A DNA stretch of 61,704 bases from assembly GCF_002571385.2 (NCBI RefSeq), contig NW_019218141.1, positions 253,871-315,574 of the forward strand. The letters are read 5' to 3'. Shown one piece after another: positions 48,101 through 61,152 of this stretch. Source of the stretch: Stylophora pistillata (lineage: Eukaryota). Under the pieces are notes generated by a model. The model was given only the letters and a program-made list of their open reading frames with translations, did not search any database and was not told the origin of the DNA. The translations under genes and the position numbers were made by a program. The stretch's first letter is position 1; every line of letters starts with the position of its first letter.

Positions 48101-51100
48101 TGATTCAAACGCCAGATTCGTAATCTGTAAATTATCGTGGACGTTACAGTGACTTGAAACTGAGTTTTGCATAAACGATTCTGTCAAAGCACAAAGTCTT
48201 AAAGCTTCAATCTATTTTTTTTTAAATTTCTTTTCACGGAACCGAGGCGCCTACACCACCAGATGAATTACTGTATCAGTTACATAGTGGTGAGAATATC
48301 TGTATCGTTGCTCGAAGAACTGGTTACTTTTTCTTTGGATCATCTAACCCTGTGAACCACGAACGTGACGTATTTGCTTGTTTTTGTTTTACGATGTCAA
48401 GGCAAAACTAGAACTGTGGGAGATACGCCAATATCACGAGCGAATCGACCGTGAGAGAGCCCTGGAACGAGAAAAGAAGGAACAGGAGGAAGCCATCCGT
48501 AGGGCAGCGGAAATACGCGCCGCTGCGCTTCAGCGGAAACAACAAGAACAGCAGGCGCGGCAGCAACAGCAGCATCTGCTGAAGATGAATAAGAAAAAAG
48601 TTCAGAACGCCATCAAGACGCAGCAACGAAAGGGGACTGGTAACAAACCCACTGTTGTTAATCAGCCTGTTACTTTTAAGCCTGCTGTAACTCCACCGGT
48701 ACCTCTTGGGGCTATACGTCGGACTCTACCCGTCGTGCGCCCCGCTGTTCCTAAGCCCATAGGGATCCAATCCTTGGGGTTAAAACCACAGATTGTACCA
48801 CGGCCCATGGTTGCCAACTCAGCGCAGTCTGTGCAGCGGTTACAGCCCAAACCACAGGTTTCTCAGCGTGTATATACTCCTGTGATTCCAAGTAACGCGT
48901 CACGTGCGACTGGGACTCCTGTTCAAGGTGGAGTAACGAGTAACGCAGGTAATTAAAACGACTGTAGCTATTGCACAAATGTGGACAGGCGAGGAAGAAC
49001 TCAATATGAGTCGGTGTGCAGTAAACGGTAAATCGAAACCTATTAAGTTACAAGGACGCTTTTTTTTCTCTATACTTGGTGAACACAAGGCCATGCTAGC
49101 CCAAATGAAACAGCATTTTCTGATTTTTATTTTTCACCGCCCTTTAGTTTGACGTTACAGTGCAATCATTTGTCTTTCAGTAACTCGCCCTGCCCCAGTA
49201 ATAGCCTCGTCTACAGTTGGTGCAGTCCGGTCCAATCCTATGGCAACATCCCGGATGAAGCATTCGTCAAAAGATCAGGTCAAGCAGACGGTCAAGACGA
49301 AATCACGCAAGTCGGGAGGGGTTGCTCCTTTGTTGCATCATAAGAAGTATGTGACGTTGGAATCGAGACAAGACATGAATAGGTAAGTACCTACATTTAA
49401 ATCAAGTTTTGTGTCGAGTTGTTCATTTTCTTTCAAAAGAATGACCCTCAGCGGAATCAAATTGAGGCTTATCATGACTTTGCATGACAACTGACTGCTA
49501 AATCCCCTTTATTTGGCGCCGCTGCAAAATTTTGCTAATTCCAGCTGTATCCAGAAAGCAAGTCCTAGAGAGGTTTTGCACAGCAGCCATGTTGTATGGC
49601 AGGAACAATGAAAATATTTTGCATAAGAAAGAAATTTTTTTCCCATGGGTAAAATAATCTATTGTTCCTGCCATCCAACATGGCTGCTGTGCAAAACCTC
49701 TATATGAGCTTTGAATGACTAACTATAACTCGCGTTGAGTTTTCTGTAACATACAAGTTCGAGCCGGTATCACACCATTGAATCAAAAGTCACTGATGGG
49801 ATCTTCCTTTCCCCTAGTGACATCTGTAATGAAAATCATTTTACCCATCGTAATAAATATTTTTGTTTCGAATCACGCTTTGATTTATGTGGGAATAAAT
49901 TTCGTTTTGAAATATAACCTTTTTTATGTTTGCATTCAGTGATAACATGTTCCTTCTCCTTTATCTGGTCTCACAGTTTTCGTTATTTTACAGACATGCC
50001 ATTTGTCGAAAAGTTCTTGATGGCATTTTGGATAAGATTGATCGCAATGAAGATGCCGAACGCAAAAAAGAAGAGAAAAAACGCGCAAAGGAAGAAAACC
50101 AGGCACTTAGGTTGGAACGTCAGAAAGCAAACAAACTCAGTGTTTTACTTCAGAAGCGAAAAGAGGTGCTCAAACGGGAACTGATGCGTAAAAGAGACCT
50201 CCTCGAGAGAGATCTTATTTTGGAGCTTCGGCAGCAACAGCAGACCAATAAGAACAAACGGAAGCAAGGGGCCACAGACAGAAGGAACTCGCAGAGTACA
50301 CCAGAGGGGCCCAAGGCCAAGAAGAAGAAAATTGAAGATGAACGACTCTTTTGCATTTGCAAGAAACCCTACGACCCAACTCAGTGAGTTCGGCTGTGTT
50401 TTTGTTTGTTTCGTTGTTGTAATTGATGTTTAATAGATATTGGTCGATAGATATGAGGTTGATAACATACCGTCACAGTTTTCTCCATAGTTTACTGTCA
50501 TTTTTTTCTGCCATAGATTTTATATTGGTTGTGACATGTGTGCAAACTGGTTTCACGGGAGCTGTGTCCAGATCTCTCCAGACGCTGCACAAAGTATGGA
50601 TGAGTGGACCTGTGCCGAGTGTGCCCAGGCTCGCCGTGGAGTGGAGGAGGAAGAACTTTATTGCTTGTGTCGCCAGCCATATGACGAGAAAAAGTAACTC
50701 GTGTTAATTTGGTTCAGCCGATATCTTATTTAGTTACGTAAAAGAAAAGGACAGATACTTTTTCTTGAGCGATGTTTCGTGCAACTGAAACCATCCCAAG
50801 GAAGAGCTTTATTCAACAGTGACGTCTGCACGTGCAAAACGCAAGGCATTGATCATAGAAATGAAATTTTATCTTCATTGCCCTTTTTTCATTACAGCGG
50901 TCACTTAGTTTTTATGTAGAACAAAAACATACTGTCAGAGTCTGGGCATTTCTTCATTACCTTATAATCTACTAACCTCTAAGTTCTAATTGTTTGTTTT
51001 TATCAGGTTCTATATCGGCTGTGATAAATGTCAGGACTGGTTTCACGGAGCATGCGTTGGAATCACACCTGTTGATGCTGAAAATATCGAGTATTACACT

Positions 51101-52231
51101 TGCCCGCGATGCACACAGTCCCAGGCTCAAGCGAACAAGCAGCCGCTTACCGGAAAAGACTACGACTCGCTTAAAGGATTGCTGAGATCGCTACGGGTAA
51201 GTGGAGAGACAGGACTTTTCTTATCTTTTTGTAAACACTAGAAAGGTGAAAATGATCCCAAATAGGCATACATAGCTAGTAGGCTCAATGTTTCATGATG
51301 CAGACATTTTGAAGTGTGTCCTTAAAAATTTATTCAGACGTTTTCACCGGTGTTTTAATGCTGATTTACGTCCCATTCATGTTGTAGAGTCATAAAATGG
51401 CGTGGCCGTTCCTAGAAGGTGTCAATCCAGACGAGGTTCCCGAATACTATGAGGTCATCACTGATCCAATAGGTGAGTCACGTCATGTATGCCTCAGTAA
51501 ATTGGTAAAAGTCTACAAGTTTTGTGCCTTTTTTAAGGAACACACTATTTGTTTATTGTAAAATAATTGTATTCTTATTTTCTCTAGTGCCGCCCTTCAG
51601 CAGTCCGGAGGCTTTCTGCGTGAGGCTTTGCTCTCGCCTTTCTTTCTTTCCGAGATGACTTCGAACCGTTGTTGCCCTTTTTCCCTCCGTCCTATGGTCC
51701 CTGTCCCTCTCCACGACATTTTCCAAGCCGGTGACACACTTGGCGGTTTTTTACGCCGATCGGCGCGCAAATCGCCATGTGCGTCGCCGGCTTGAACACT
51801 GTTGAGTTCTTAGACCAAACACTTAAGCCTCGCACTCCTTATCTCATCCAATAAAAGCTCACTTGAGATAAACTTGTATCCCATTCAGAAATATGTCGAC
51901 ACATACTATTCAGACTGGGATACGCTTTTTTTTTCTTTTTTTTTCTTTTTTTTGGGGGGGGGGGTGGTGGCTGTTTTTAACGCTTTTTCTTTTAACTCAG
52001 ATGACATTTATTTGACAGCATTTCCTTTTCTTCTCGCTAGACTTGTCCAAAGTCGAGGAACGTCTAAATTCCAAGTCTTACGCGTGCCTGGAATCATTCG
52101 TTAGCGATGTAACCAAGATTTTTGACAATTGCCGTTACTTCAACCAGAGAGATTCACCGTACTACCGCTGTGCTGAAGTATTGGAGAGCTTCTTCGTGCA
52201 AAAACTACGTGCATTAAAAACCAGAAAATAA
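36160..52231 (+). CDS. BPTF: Nucleosome-remodeling factor subunit BPTF/NURF301, 13 exons, ~3197 codons, interrupted by one in-frame TAG at 36916-36918
   Basis: Exons 36160-37214, 38600-38772, 39095-39232, 40055-41296, 42519-47480, 47682-47923, 48402-48948, 49181-49382, 49994-50383, 50517-50693, 51007-51196, 51388-51472, 52041-52231 (9594 nt, all GT-AG). Domains: AT-hook RGRPPK, DDT ([19 protein letters not shown]), WHIM, PHD (HCRNC..GDLLCCE.C..VYH..C), [19 protein letters not shown], two C-terminal PHD fingers (FYIGCD.C..WFHG.C), bromodomain (AWPF...IFDNCRYFN). Confidence 0.93.
38222..38522. mobile_element. Crypton-like double-hairpin element nested in a piggyBac-like MITE (BPTF intron 1)
   Basis: TTAGT.TAATTTCAGAGCTGA inverted at ~38390-38410, then an AACAATTA.TCACC...GTGAATAATTGTT hairpin; it splits the MITE at 38056-38568. 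Confidence 0.55.
39667..39832. mobile_element. MITE / foldback (~60-bp TIR) in BPTF intron 3
   Basis: TTTCATAAA.GGCT....GATTAATATTCTTTTGTT.AAATTTAAATTAGCCTTTCTGG is inverted at ~39774-39832. Confidence 0.75.
41501..41661. mobile_element. MITE with 17-bp TIR CAGTGCTTTCAATAAGA and apparent 6-bp TSD
   Basis: Perfect TIRs; CAAGAG at 41495-41500 and 41662-41667. Confidence 0.75.
49569..49701. mobile_element. MITE (~40-bp TIR) in BPTF intron 8
   Basis: AGAGGTTTTGCACAGCAGCCATGTTG.ATGGCAGGAACAAT is inverted at ~49661-49701. Confidence 0.85.
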
Positions 52232-53723
52232 GTTAAACTGGTATCTAAAGTTGACAAAGATGGCCTAGAAGATTAGTCTTCCTGACCTGGCAAACGGAAG
52301 AAAAGTTAGCTACACACCTTGTCCTATAAGTCGCATAACCAGTTCAGAAACTTTAGACTTTGTCAAAAAAGAAAAAAAAGAAACCGTGTTTGTAACAAAA
52401 AATATTATGTATTAGCTGAACTTGCCTTTTTTTACAGTGTGACGGAGCCACTGAAGGAGTAAGTTTAGACATAGTGTTATAACCAGTGAGGTTTGTAAAC
52501 GTTGTGGAAGCCATGTATCTGATTGGTAATTGTGTAAGCCAGTTACATTACCAAACGCTCACTTTCCTTGTAGAGATCGATCATGAGATGTAAGTTATAG
52601 TGTGGAGTTAAGAGAAGAATTACCTTGGCGAAAAACTATTATTATGGAAGGGGAAATAGATTAGTTAGGTGGCTTTTCGCCGTGTCATAGACTTATTAAA
52701 TTAAAAGGAAACTGAAGTGTTAGTAATTAACGTTGTCATAGTGGTTTTGGTTCACTGTCAGGAGGCAAACCGTGTAGATAAACCATCATCTATTAAACAT
52801 TTTGTAATCAGTTTTGATTGGTTTCTTGCGACAACAGCCCTGAATATTACATATTTCTTTGCGTTGTATGGAAGAGCCATAACAGAAAAACTCGAATAGC
52901 CAGTTATTTTTTTACCTCAATCTTTCCGGCAAACTTGGTGTGTGGTTTTTCTTATCTAGAGTTTGTTCAGTTGTTCTGCTCTCCTCTCAGAGAAGATTAT
53001 TGTAGTCCTGCGCTTTTTATATGGCTCACTAAATAAACCGAGCGTTTTTCTTCCCGATTACGATTATCGAGAGAATAATATGAGATTGTTCCCTGGGAAG
53101 GTAAAAAAAATCAAGAGGAATAGATGTGTCGAAGCTTAAATATCATTCTTACAAATGATTGACAAGCCGTAAATCAAAGGATGAACGGTCCTCGTTAAAG
53201 ATGCCACGATTTATTTTAACCAATGACTAGCGGACACATCCAGGAAAGTCGCGTATCAGCTGGGTTGCTCGAACTAATGTACCGCAAGGAAAATTATTTT
53301 GGTTTTTTATTCATTCTCATATCCGTTTATAATCGATGGTTTGGGTGTAACTAAACAAAAGCGACCAGAACAAGATTTAGGTACTTTATCGATAGACCTT
53401 AACTCTAGGACCTCAAGGTCAGAGTTAACTCTGTCAAGGTGTAGTAAAAGTTCACCTGAGCCTTATTTGTGATCAACAAGACACCCCATTTAAAATAACT
53501 TAACGAATGTTTACTCTTCAGGTAATCTTTTCATCTTATTATCGACAAATTTTGGCGGATATAACAAAAGATATATGCATATTTCCGTTTGACAGCAACA
53601 AATTAGTTTAATTAAGAAACGTCCTACAAAGCCGAGGCCCTTAACCACACATTACCAGAACTGATTACTTACGTGTAAAAGACATTGTGTCCTCTGTGAA
53701 AGAAGGTCGATTAAGCTAAAAGT

Positions 53724-55138
53724 ATGGGATATAGTACTGTATTTATTTTTGTTCTTCTCTGTTTCTCGTCGTTCACTGCCTATGGTAAGCAGAATTTTTT
53801 TTGTGGTCTAATCGAGTCTTTCAAAATTTTGTTTATTTTTACGTTTCTGTATCATGGTGCAAGAGCAACTTCTGAGCTTAGAGGCCCACTAAAGAGGGAA
53901 GAATTTTGCTCTGATTTCACTAGGAAAGCCGGGACTTGCGATCCTTTATGCACCGATGTATCTTGACGACAGTGGGCAAAGCATTAAATTGCGTCACCTC
54001 TTTTTTCGAACGAGTGATAATAACAGTAACGCAGTAAAATTCAGATTTGATGTGAAAAATATTTTCAAATCGGTTTGTTGCTATATCTGCCTTAGAGTCC
54101 TGTCTTGCCGTCTCAACAGAACTGGACGGATTTCGGGGTAACTTTTCCTTGGCGCTTTATTTCGGTCGAACGCCGAGGTGTGCATTTGTGCCAGTGTTTC
54201 TCTATATTTTACTCTGGTCGGGAGGTAGATCTGTTCCCTATCCAAAAAGCTATGCCAGGAAAACAATGGAAAACAACAACAACAACAAAAAATCAAATTT
54301 GACTCGGATAGGGCGGAGGCCCGAGTGTGTTCAATTGCCCTGAGTTTTAGGCCAGCACTCTCTTATCTGCTTGACAGCGCTAATAATCAATCCTGATGTT
54401 CCTGGGACTCGTTGATTTTTTTTTTTGTTTCCAGCTAGATAACAATGGTAGTTAGGGATGAAAGCAAACATGTCCCTTCTCTTTAAAGTTAAACGATAAC
54501 AATTATTGCAATACCTGTGACGGATTGTCTCTTTCTATTCATAATGAATAATCGAATGAGAGGACAAAAGAAAAACAATTTGCTCAGTTTGCTATATGAC
54601 ATCAAGAATTCTCAACACAAGTATTACCTTTATACGAAACAAGGGTTATTAACGAATATACGACGTTTCAGACAACCGAGTAACTCGTTAAGAAGAACTG
54701 CGCACAACTTACTCCACAGAAGTCTGGTTATTTCGGGATCAATTCGTTCATCCTCAATACTCGGCAGGGTCTTTTTCAATGAACGACCCATTAAAAAAAA
54801 TAAACACGACTTACTTTACAGTAATTCGGCTTCTGGTCTTTTCTTATCCATTGAAAGCCTCGTGGATCAAAATATCCGGATACAAGTTCATCAGTGGTAT
54901 CAGCGTGGGCACAGAAGCTACTTACCATGGCGATTTAGCTAGTGCCAGGCCTCTCTGCCAACAGAGATGCGACCAACTCACTTCTTGCAACGCGTTCCGT
55001 CTGTAAAGCTTTGTGGGCACAGTGTTCTGCACTCTGTTTGAAACGATCACTGATTACTCATGCCCGACTGATAGTGTTGATTGGAACTGCATGTTTGCTG
55101 ACGGGGAGTCGTGGAAGAAAATCGACTCGAGGAGTTAG
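53724..55138 (+). pseudogene. Small secreted PAN/apple-domain protein gene (exons 53724-53784, 54858-55138) with in-frame TAA at 55004-55006
   Basis: Signal peptide MGYSTVFIFVLLCFSSFTAY with a strong phase-1 donor GTAAGC. Exon 2 reads SWIKISGYKF...CQQRCDQLTSCNAFRL*SFVGTVFCTLFE...SC...WNC...: the PAN pattern C-x3-C-x5-C-x-AF-...-C-x-L continues across the stop. Confidence 0.65.
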
Positions 55139-55378
55139 AAGGTGAAATGTTAAGTATTGCGTGCTTAGATTAAGATAGCAGACAGGTTTCCAAGCCATTT
55201 TGTAGGCCACGATGCAACGCCTTTTAAGTGATTGATTTTTCTCATTGGCGTAAGACTCATAATTAAAGAAAAAAGCACTTGCTCGCGTCGTTGCCCAGAC
55301 CTTCAAGTCATTCCTTGGTGCTGCATTCATTTAGGAGGCGTGTATTAAAAATGGAGTTTTTTGGAGTATGGAGGGGGG

Positions 55379-55799
55379 GGGGTCGCAGCTTTCCGGAGGA
55401 GTTAATCGTCAATTTTCCGTTAGGATGTATTTCGAACTGACCATTATTATTCACCAACTTACAACTCAGAAAAGAAAGTAATCGTAGGAAACATGAAACC
55501 TGCTTCACTTTTGAGTATAATCATGATAAAACTGCAAGTGATCGTTGCCATTAAACAAGCTGCTTAGTCCTTTCGATGAACATTNNNNNNNAAGGGGTCG
55601 CAGCTTTCCGGAGGAGTTAATCGTCAATTTTCCGTTAGGATGTATTTCGAACTGACCATTATTATTCACCAACTTACAACTCAGAAAAGAAAGTAATCGT
55701 AGGAAACATGAAACCTGCTTCACTTTTGAGTATAATCATGATAAAACTGCAAGTGATCGTTGCCATTAAACAAGCTGCTTAGTCCTTTCGATGAACATT
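55379..55799. repeat. ~206-bp exact direct duplication on either side of a 7-N gap (probable assembly overlap artefact)
   Basis: GGGGTCGCAGCTTTCC...GATGAACATT at 55379-55584 and 55594-55799; N run at 55585-55591. Confidence 0.85.
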
Positions 55800-56562
55800 T
55801 TTTAATCTATATGACTACCACCGACACATTTTGCTGATTTAACACCTGTGCTTTACTTTTTCTTTTTACAGGGGAAACGACATATGGCTTATCTCACAAA
55901 CATTTAGTAACTCAAATTAAAGATAAACATTAAAACTTTAAACTTTGCCCGTCTTCATTTACAGTTATTCTTAACAAAGTCGATTAACTTTAATCAATGA
56001 CATCGAGGTGCAAAAAGTACAGATAATATTTACCCACCCAGGAAACAGCGAGGCAAAGATTCCGCCATTACTTCCGAAAATGTTACTTACTTGTCAACTT
56101 TCTGGACAAAATAACAATTAAAACTGGCAAATTAAAGTTTTCTTTCGATATCAACCTTGTTCGGTTTGACTTTTCTATTCATTGTTGTTCGACGGGTCTC
56201 GGTAAAAACGGCATAAACAAGAAGAGTTTGTCGATTTATAACACTTCTCCAAGGATAATTACCAATTAGTCTCGACTTCGTTTCTGTGACCCAGGTTTCA
56301 CGGTTCGCACCCATAAAAGGCCCATTCACGTCTTAAAAGACGCATGTTGGTGGTTGTTCGTGTTTGTGGCCAAGTGGTGTACAAATACCAGTGCTTAATA
56401 TCACGACCACCAACTGCACTTTACCACATAACCAAATAGATTTGAGGCTGTTCGTTTGCTAAACGCACTCACGTTATTTTTACAATAAGTTATGTTTGAA
56501 ATGTCTAAATCAGTCAACCAAACCTAACTTTACAACAGACCCAGTTAAAAACGCCAGCTAGC

Positions 56563-59500
56563 CTAATCCTCCAAAGGAACATTTCTAAACAGATAACCCA
56601 TTGACTCGCCATTGTGAATTCGGCGGATGGCTTCGGCCAAAAGTGAGCTGATATCCACCGTTCTGATTTTACTACAGCGGGTCATCTTCGTGTCGTGAGA
56701 CACTGTGTTGGTGATAACAACCTAGTGGGAATAAGATTGTAAGACGTAAGTTCATATCTGGTCACAAAAGTTAAAAGTTTCTTTCTTTCAAACTCATACA
56801 AATGTTTTCATTCAAACTTTGACTCTCCTATTGTAGCTATCCTCTCAACTGTTTTACTTAAGTAAATAAGCACTTAAATGTGTATTTACCATCAGTCAGC
56901 TCTGCTTATATGCCCTATTGTTTGTTTTGGTACCGCTTTGATTATGAATTATTTTCTGTAACTTTTTTTTTATATTCAGTGGTATTTCGAAGTGAACCCT
57001 CTCGATGAGTAATTTTACTCTTAGGGTAAACTTGGTTCAATAAATATGTTTAAATAAAAAAATTGTTTTAATTCATGGCTTTAAAATGTTTCAAAACGGG
57101 CTGGAGGCATCTATCTCGTTGTTTTGTGTCTCTCGGATGTTCACGAAAGCAATCTGATAATCTGAGAGCTCTGTGCATAGTGGAAATAACACAGTAGGTT
57201 ACTCTGGTGAGAATGCAATCATAGTAGTCAGTGAATTTGACCAAGCGTCTGAGATGGTAATGTGATTTGACTAAATGAGGGGACACGAGTTACGTCGCGC
57301 GCGTGAAGTGGCTGTGGAAATATCATCTTTCGTCAAACGAGAAAAGAAATGATATTTCAGGTTGAAGCTGTCTTAAAATGACACACAGAACGTTCGCTCA
57401 TATGCTTGCGCACGCAATGTACCTGTTGTTCCTTCATTCAAAAAAAAGTGTTGACTCTATAATCCTCAAAACATTCTTCAAAGCGGTGCTTTAGCACGGT
57501 GACGGTTTAAATGCCGTACAAGGGATTTACATCTCACAAATACTGATAAGTAACTCTTATTGACATCACATACACCACAAAAGCTGTACTTTACCTCATC
57601 AATAACGGATTCTTCAATCAGTTCTGGCGCATCCGCTGACAACAGGCCATGAGTGACCATCACTAAAATCTTATACGCCCCACGATCCTTCAGGTGCTTG
57701 GCGGCATTTACGAATGACTCGGCTTCGTCTATCATATCATCCTGCAAGTTCGTATACAACACCTTTCAGACTTGACCATTTGGCCTGATTTAGAAACGTG
57801 TTCATGGCTAGTCAGATGAAGCAAGAAAACATTTCTTCATATCGTAAATCATAATATTCTCTTGACTAAATTATTTAAGTATGGAGTCCGTGGGCGTCTT
57901 CTGGAATGGTGTAAAGACTATCTCACTGATCGTAAGCAGAGAGTTGTTGTAAAGGGGGAATTATCTGACTGGGTGACAATTACCTCTGGAGTACCTCAAG
58001 GTTCCTTGTTGGGACCTTTATTCTTTATTATTTATATCAATGATCTACCAGGGGTTATAACTTTAAGATCATGAGAATTACTATGAAAAAGAGTCCTTTA
58101 GTTGGGGACTATTACCTAAACGGTCAGAGCTTAGAAAGTGTACATATACATAGGGATTTAGGTCTTCTCACCAGCTCCAGTTTATCATGGAATGCACACG
58201 TAGATTCTGTATGTGCTAAGGCTAATAAGATTCTTGGTTTGGTGAAAAGAACATGTAGAGATTTGAAAGATATCACTACATTGAAAACATTATACTGCAG
58301 TCTTGTCAGACCCCTGCTCGAGTATTCATGTGAAACCTGGAATCCTCATACACAACGCAATATCAATAAATTAGAGGCAATTCAGAGGAGGGCAACTAAG
58401 TTTATTCTTAACTCTGATGAGGATTATGATGTTAGATTAAAGAAATTAAAATTACAGCGTATTTGATAGAAGATACATCAGGGATGTTGTTTTTTTATTT
58501 AATTCAATGAATGGGCATTATGATATGGATATTTCTGATAAGTTGCTTTTCTGTAGAGTTTGTAGTGTAGATTATAACTTAAGGAAGAATGATTCTCTTG
58601 ACCTAGTCAGCATGTACAGTAGAACAAATATTTTTAAATATAGCTTTTTTATCCGTGTTGTGAATGAATGGAACAGTCTTCCAAATAATATAAAGGATTA
58701 TGCTAGTATTTCTAGCCTTAAACATAACGTTACTTCATTCCTTGGTAATACTTAGAATTTTTTGATTTGATTCAATGTAATACTTAGATATCAAACTCTA
58801 TACTATGATAACTGTTTTTTAATATTATATCTTACTGGTGAGCATCCCTCGTATGATGTCTGAGACGCTTTTGGATGCTGCCTCTCCATCATCATTTATT
58901 TATTCTGTTTATGTTTATGTCTATGTATTTATTTATGCATCTCTTTAGTAATTTAACTTAATCTAGATTTGGAGAAACTGTACTAAATAAAATAAAAAAA
59001 ATAAAGTAAAATTACAAGGTGAAGTATAGCGTAAATCAAAACGTAGGACCCGCAGCAAAATAAACAAACTATTGGGTAACCACCATTACTCATTGTAAAT
59101 ATACACGCACATTGAAAAATACGTTTTAACAAGCTACATCAAATGTTCACATCTCCAATAAGGAGAAGGAGAGTTGGCATCAAAGATTGGGTTGTACCTG
59201 TTACTGCCCTAACCAATCTAATTTCTATACCATATACCATCAAGCAACTATGAATCTTTTAAATACCCTGCAGTGAATGTAAGTCCATTAAAAGTTCACC
59301 CCTTAACTTCGCACAATTTTCTTAACCCTTCCCACCGTAACATCAGTCTGCACATTCTCCATACTGTTCTCTATACATTCCTAAGGCGCTGCTAAGGAGA
59401 ATTCATTTAACAATCAAGAGCGTCTTTAGCCAGAGACCATTTCCGTTATTCTCGTGACCCTTAATGTGTGCTTCAGTGGGGGAATTGTAAGGAGAAATTA

Positions 59501-61152
59501 GATGCTAGTCAATCTTAGGGGCCAAAAGAGGTAACATTTTGCCTGACTAATTTCTACTCCTCAGTGGAGAAAGTAAATACAAGAGGAAATGTTTTGCCTA
59601 AGCGGTTGGCAGTGATCAAGGAAAGAACTCCAATATTGTTGATGTACCAAATATATTAGCTCAGGTTTTGTTGTTGTAATGAGTGCTATTGATTTTTAAA
59701 TTAATTGAACAATTAACAGTACGGATGGAAAACAATGCGATAACAACTCTGAACCACTCAAACATACAGTTAACTACAATGAAGAAAAAAAAAATCACTC
59801 AAATCTTACCACAATGATGGCAATCTTGCCTCCTACATCACCCACAACATTGATTGGAGGTTTAGCTTTGGGAAGAAATCCTGCAAAAGACACAACAAAT
59901 AGTGGATTCCATGCATGCCGATTGGCTAGTTCAGAAGTGACTAGCAAGTACCACTCATCTCTAGGCAGCCGAAGAAATAAAGTCATGCATCAAGAATTTA
60001 ATTTCCAACCATTTTTCAGTATATTGAAAGAAATAAACTAGTTTTAATATTTGTGTGGTATATTCTAAAACAATTACTCACCTCAGTCTCTGTGATAGTA
60101 GTGGATATTTAATTTCAAGTAAATATACAAACAAATCAGAATAGAAATTGACTATAAGAGTCAGATTTTCTGACAACCAAGCCAAGTTGATGATTTACAT
60201 GTATACCTTCCAAAGCTTACCTGGTAGAGACATGCTGTCCATACTGACAGATGCAAAACGACGTCCCTCAGCTAATGTAGGAGGTGGAGACTGACGGCCA
60301 TCAAGTTGCTCACTTTCCACCTCCTTTTGTTCACCATGTATCACAGCCAATCCAAGCCGTAGACGCTCAGCAAAAGAAGTGGCCCTTAAAGGATAAAACC
60401 ATCAAATTTAGTGAGTTTATCACTGTTGTTTGGCATGTTAAGAAGCAAGGCTATTCCTCAAATACATCATACCTATAACAAGCCTTTGACTGTCTGCAAA
60501 GAAATATTTTGTATGCTTGACATTTGTTTGGATAGGAAACTTTTTGTCTGGTAAAGGTGTCCAACATAATATCAAAACTTTTACAGAATTTTTGAAAAGT
60601 TAGTTACATTTACTCTATTACCTGATGGCTGAACCTGGATTCCTTGCAACTATAACTGCATTTCTATAGTCAGCAACCTTGAATTAAAATAAATAGCCAC
60701 CAAATCAAAGACATTCAAATGCTCAAACTCTCTGACAAGCCTCAAATGCTTACTCAAACAACCTGCTGTTGAAAAATAATATAAATATCAACCAAAAAAG
60801 CAACAAACTGAGTGTAAAAGAATTTTTTCCTTGCCCTTTATAGTAAATAATTTTGCCCACAGATTCCAGACTTGAATCTAAATTCTGTGTCTTCATTATC
60901 ATCATCAACAAGTTGCTGAAAATTAATTCAAGAGACTGTGATTGAAAATTTGTTGATTTCTCACCTGAAGGCATGTGGTAAATCAATACTAAATTAACTT
61001 TCCACCATCATTTGTAAATGGCATTCTAATAAGTACCTTTTCTGTGATATAATGGACTAGAAATGGTGAGGCCCTCAAATTGTCAACTGGAGCGTCATAA
61101 AAACCCTGAATCTCCTTAGAATGAAGATCAACTGTGATCACATTTGTGAGTC
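56563..61152 (-). CDS. PRPSAP2: Phosphoribosyl pyrophosphate synthase-associated protein (PRPSAP1/2-like), last 6 exons; 5' part lies beyond the window
   Basis: Exons 61037-61152, 60622-60677, 60221-60384, 59810-59880, 57595-57741, 56563-56721. Peptides [45 protein letters not shown]...DGRQSPPP (PRPSAP-specific insert), [42 protein letters not shown]1 versus PRPSAP2 cannot be resolved. Confidence 0.9.
57844..59008 (+). mobile_element. 5'-truncated, internally deleted CR1-clade LINE, antisense in a PRPSAP intron
   Basis: [10 protein letters not shown]...[26 protein letters not shown]...[16 protein letters not shown]...[29 protein letters not shown]; 3'UTR and A-rich tail at ~58985-59008. Confidence 0.9.

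Noticed and set aside
36916-55006. Stop-codon reassignment explaining the BPTF TAG and the PAN TAA
   Set aside because: TAA, TAG and TGA all serve as true terminators here (BPTF and AIMP2 TAA; GPCR, NRARP and PRPSAP TAG; VPS35L TGA), and thousands of other codons contain no internal stops.
60384-60400. U12-like branch sequence (TATCCTTTAAG) at a PRPSAP acceptor
   Set aside because: The paired donor is GTAATA (U2 type) and the motif overlaps the AG rather than lying 10-20 nt upstream.
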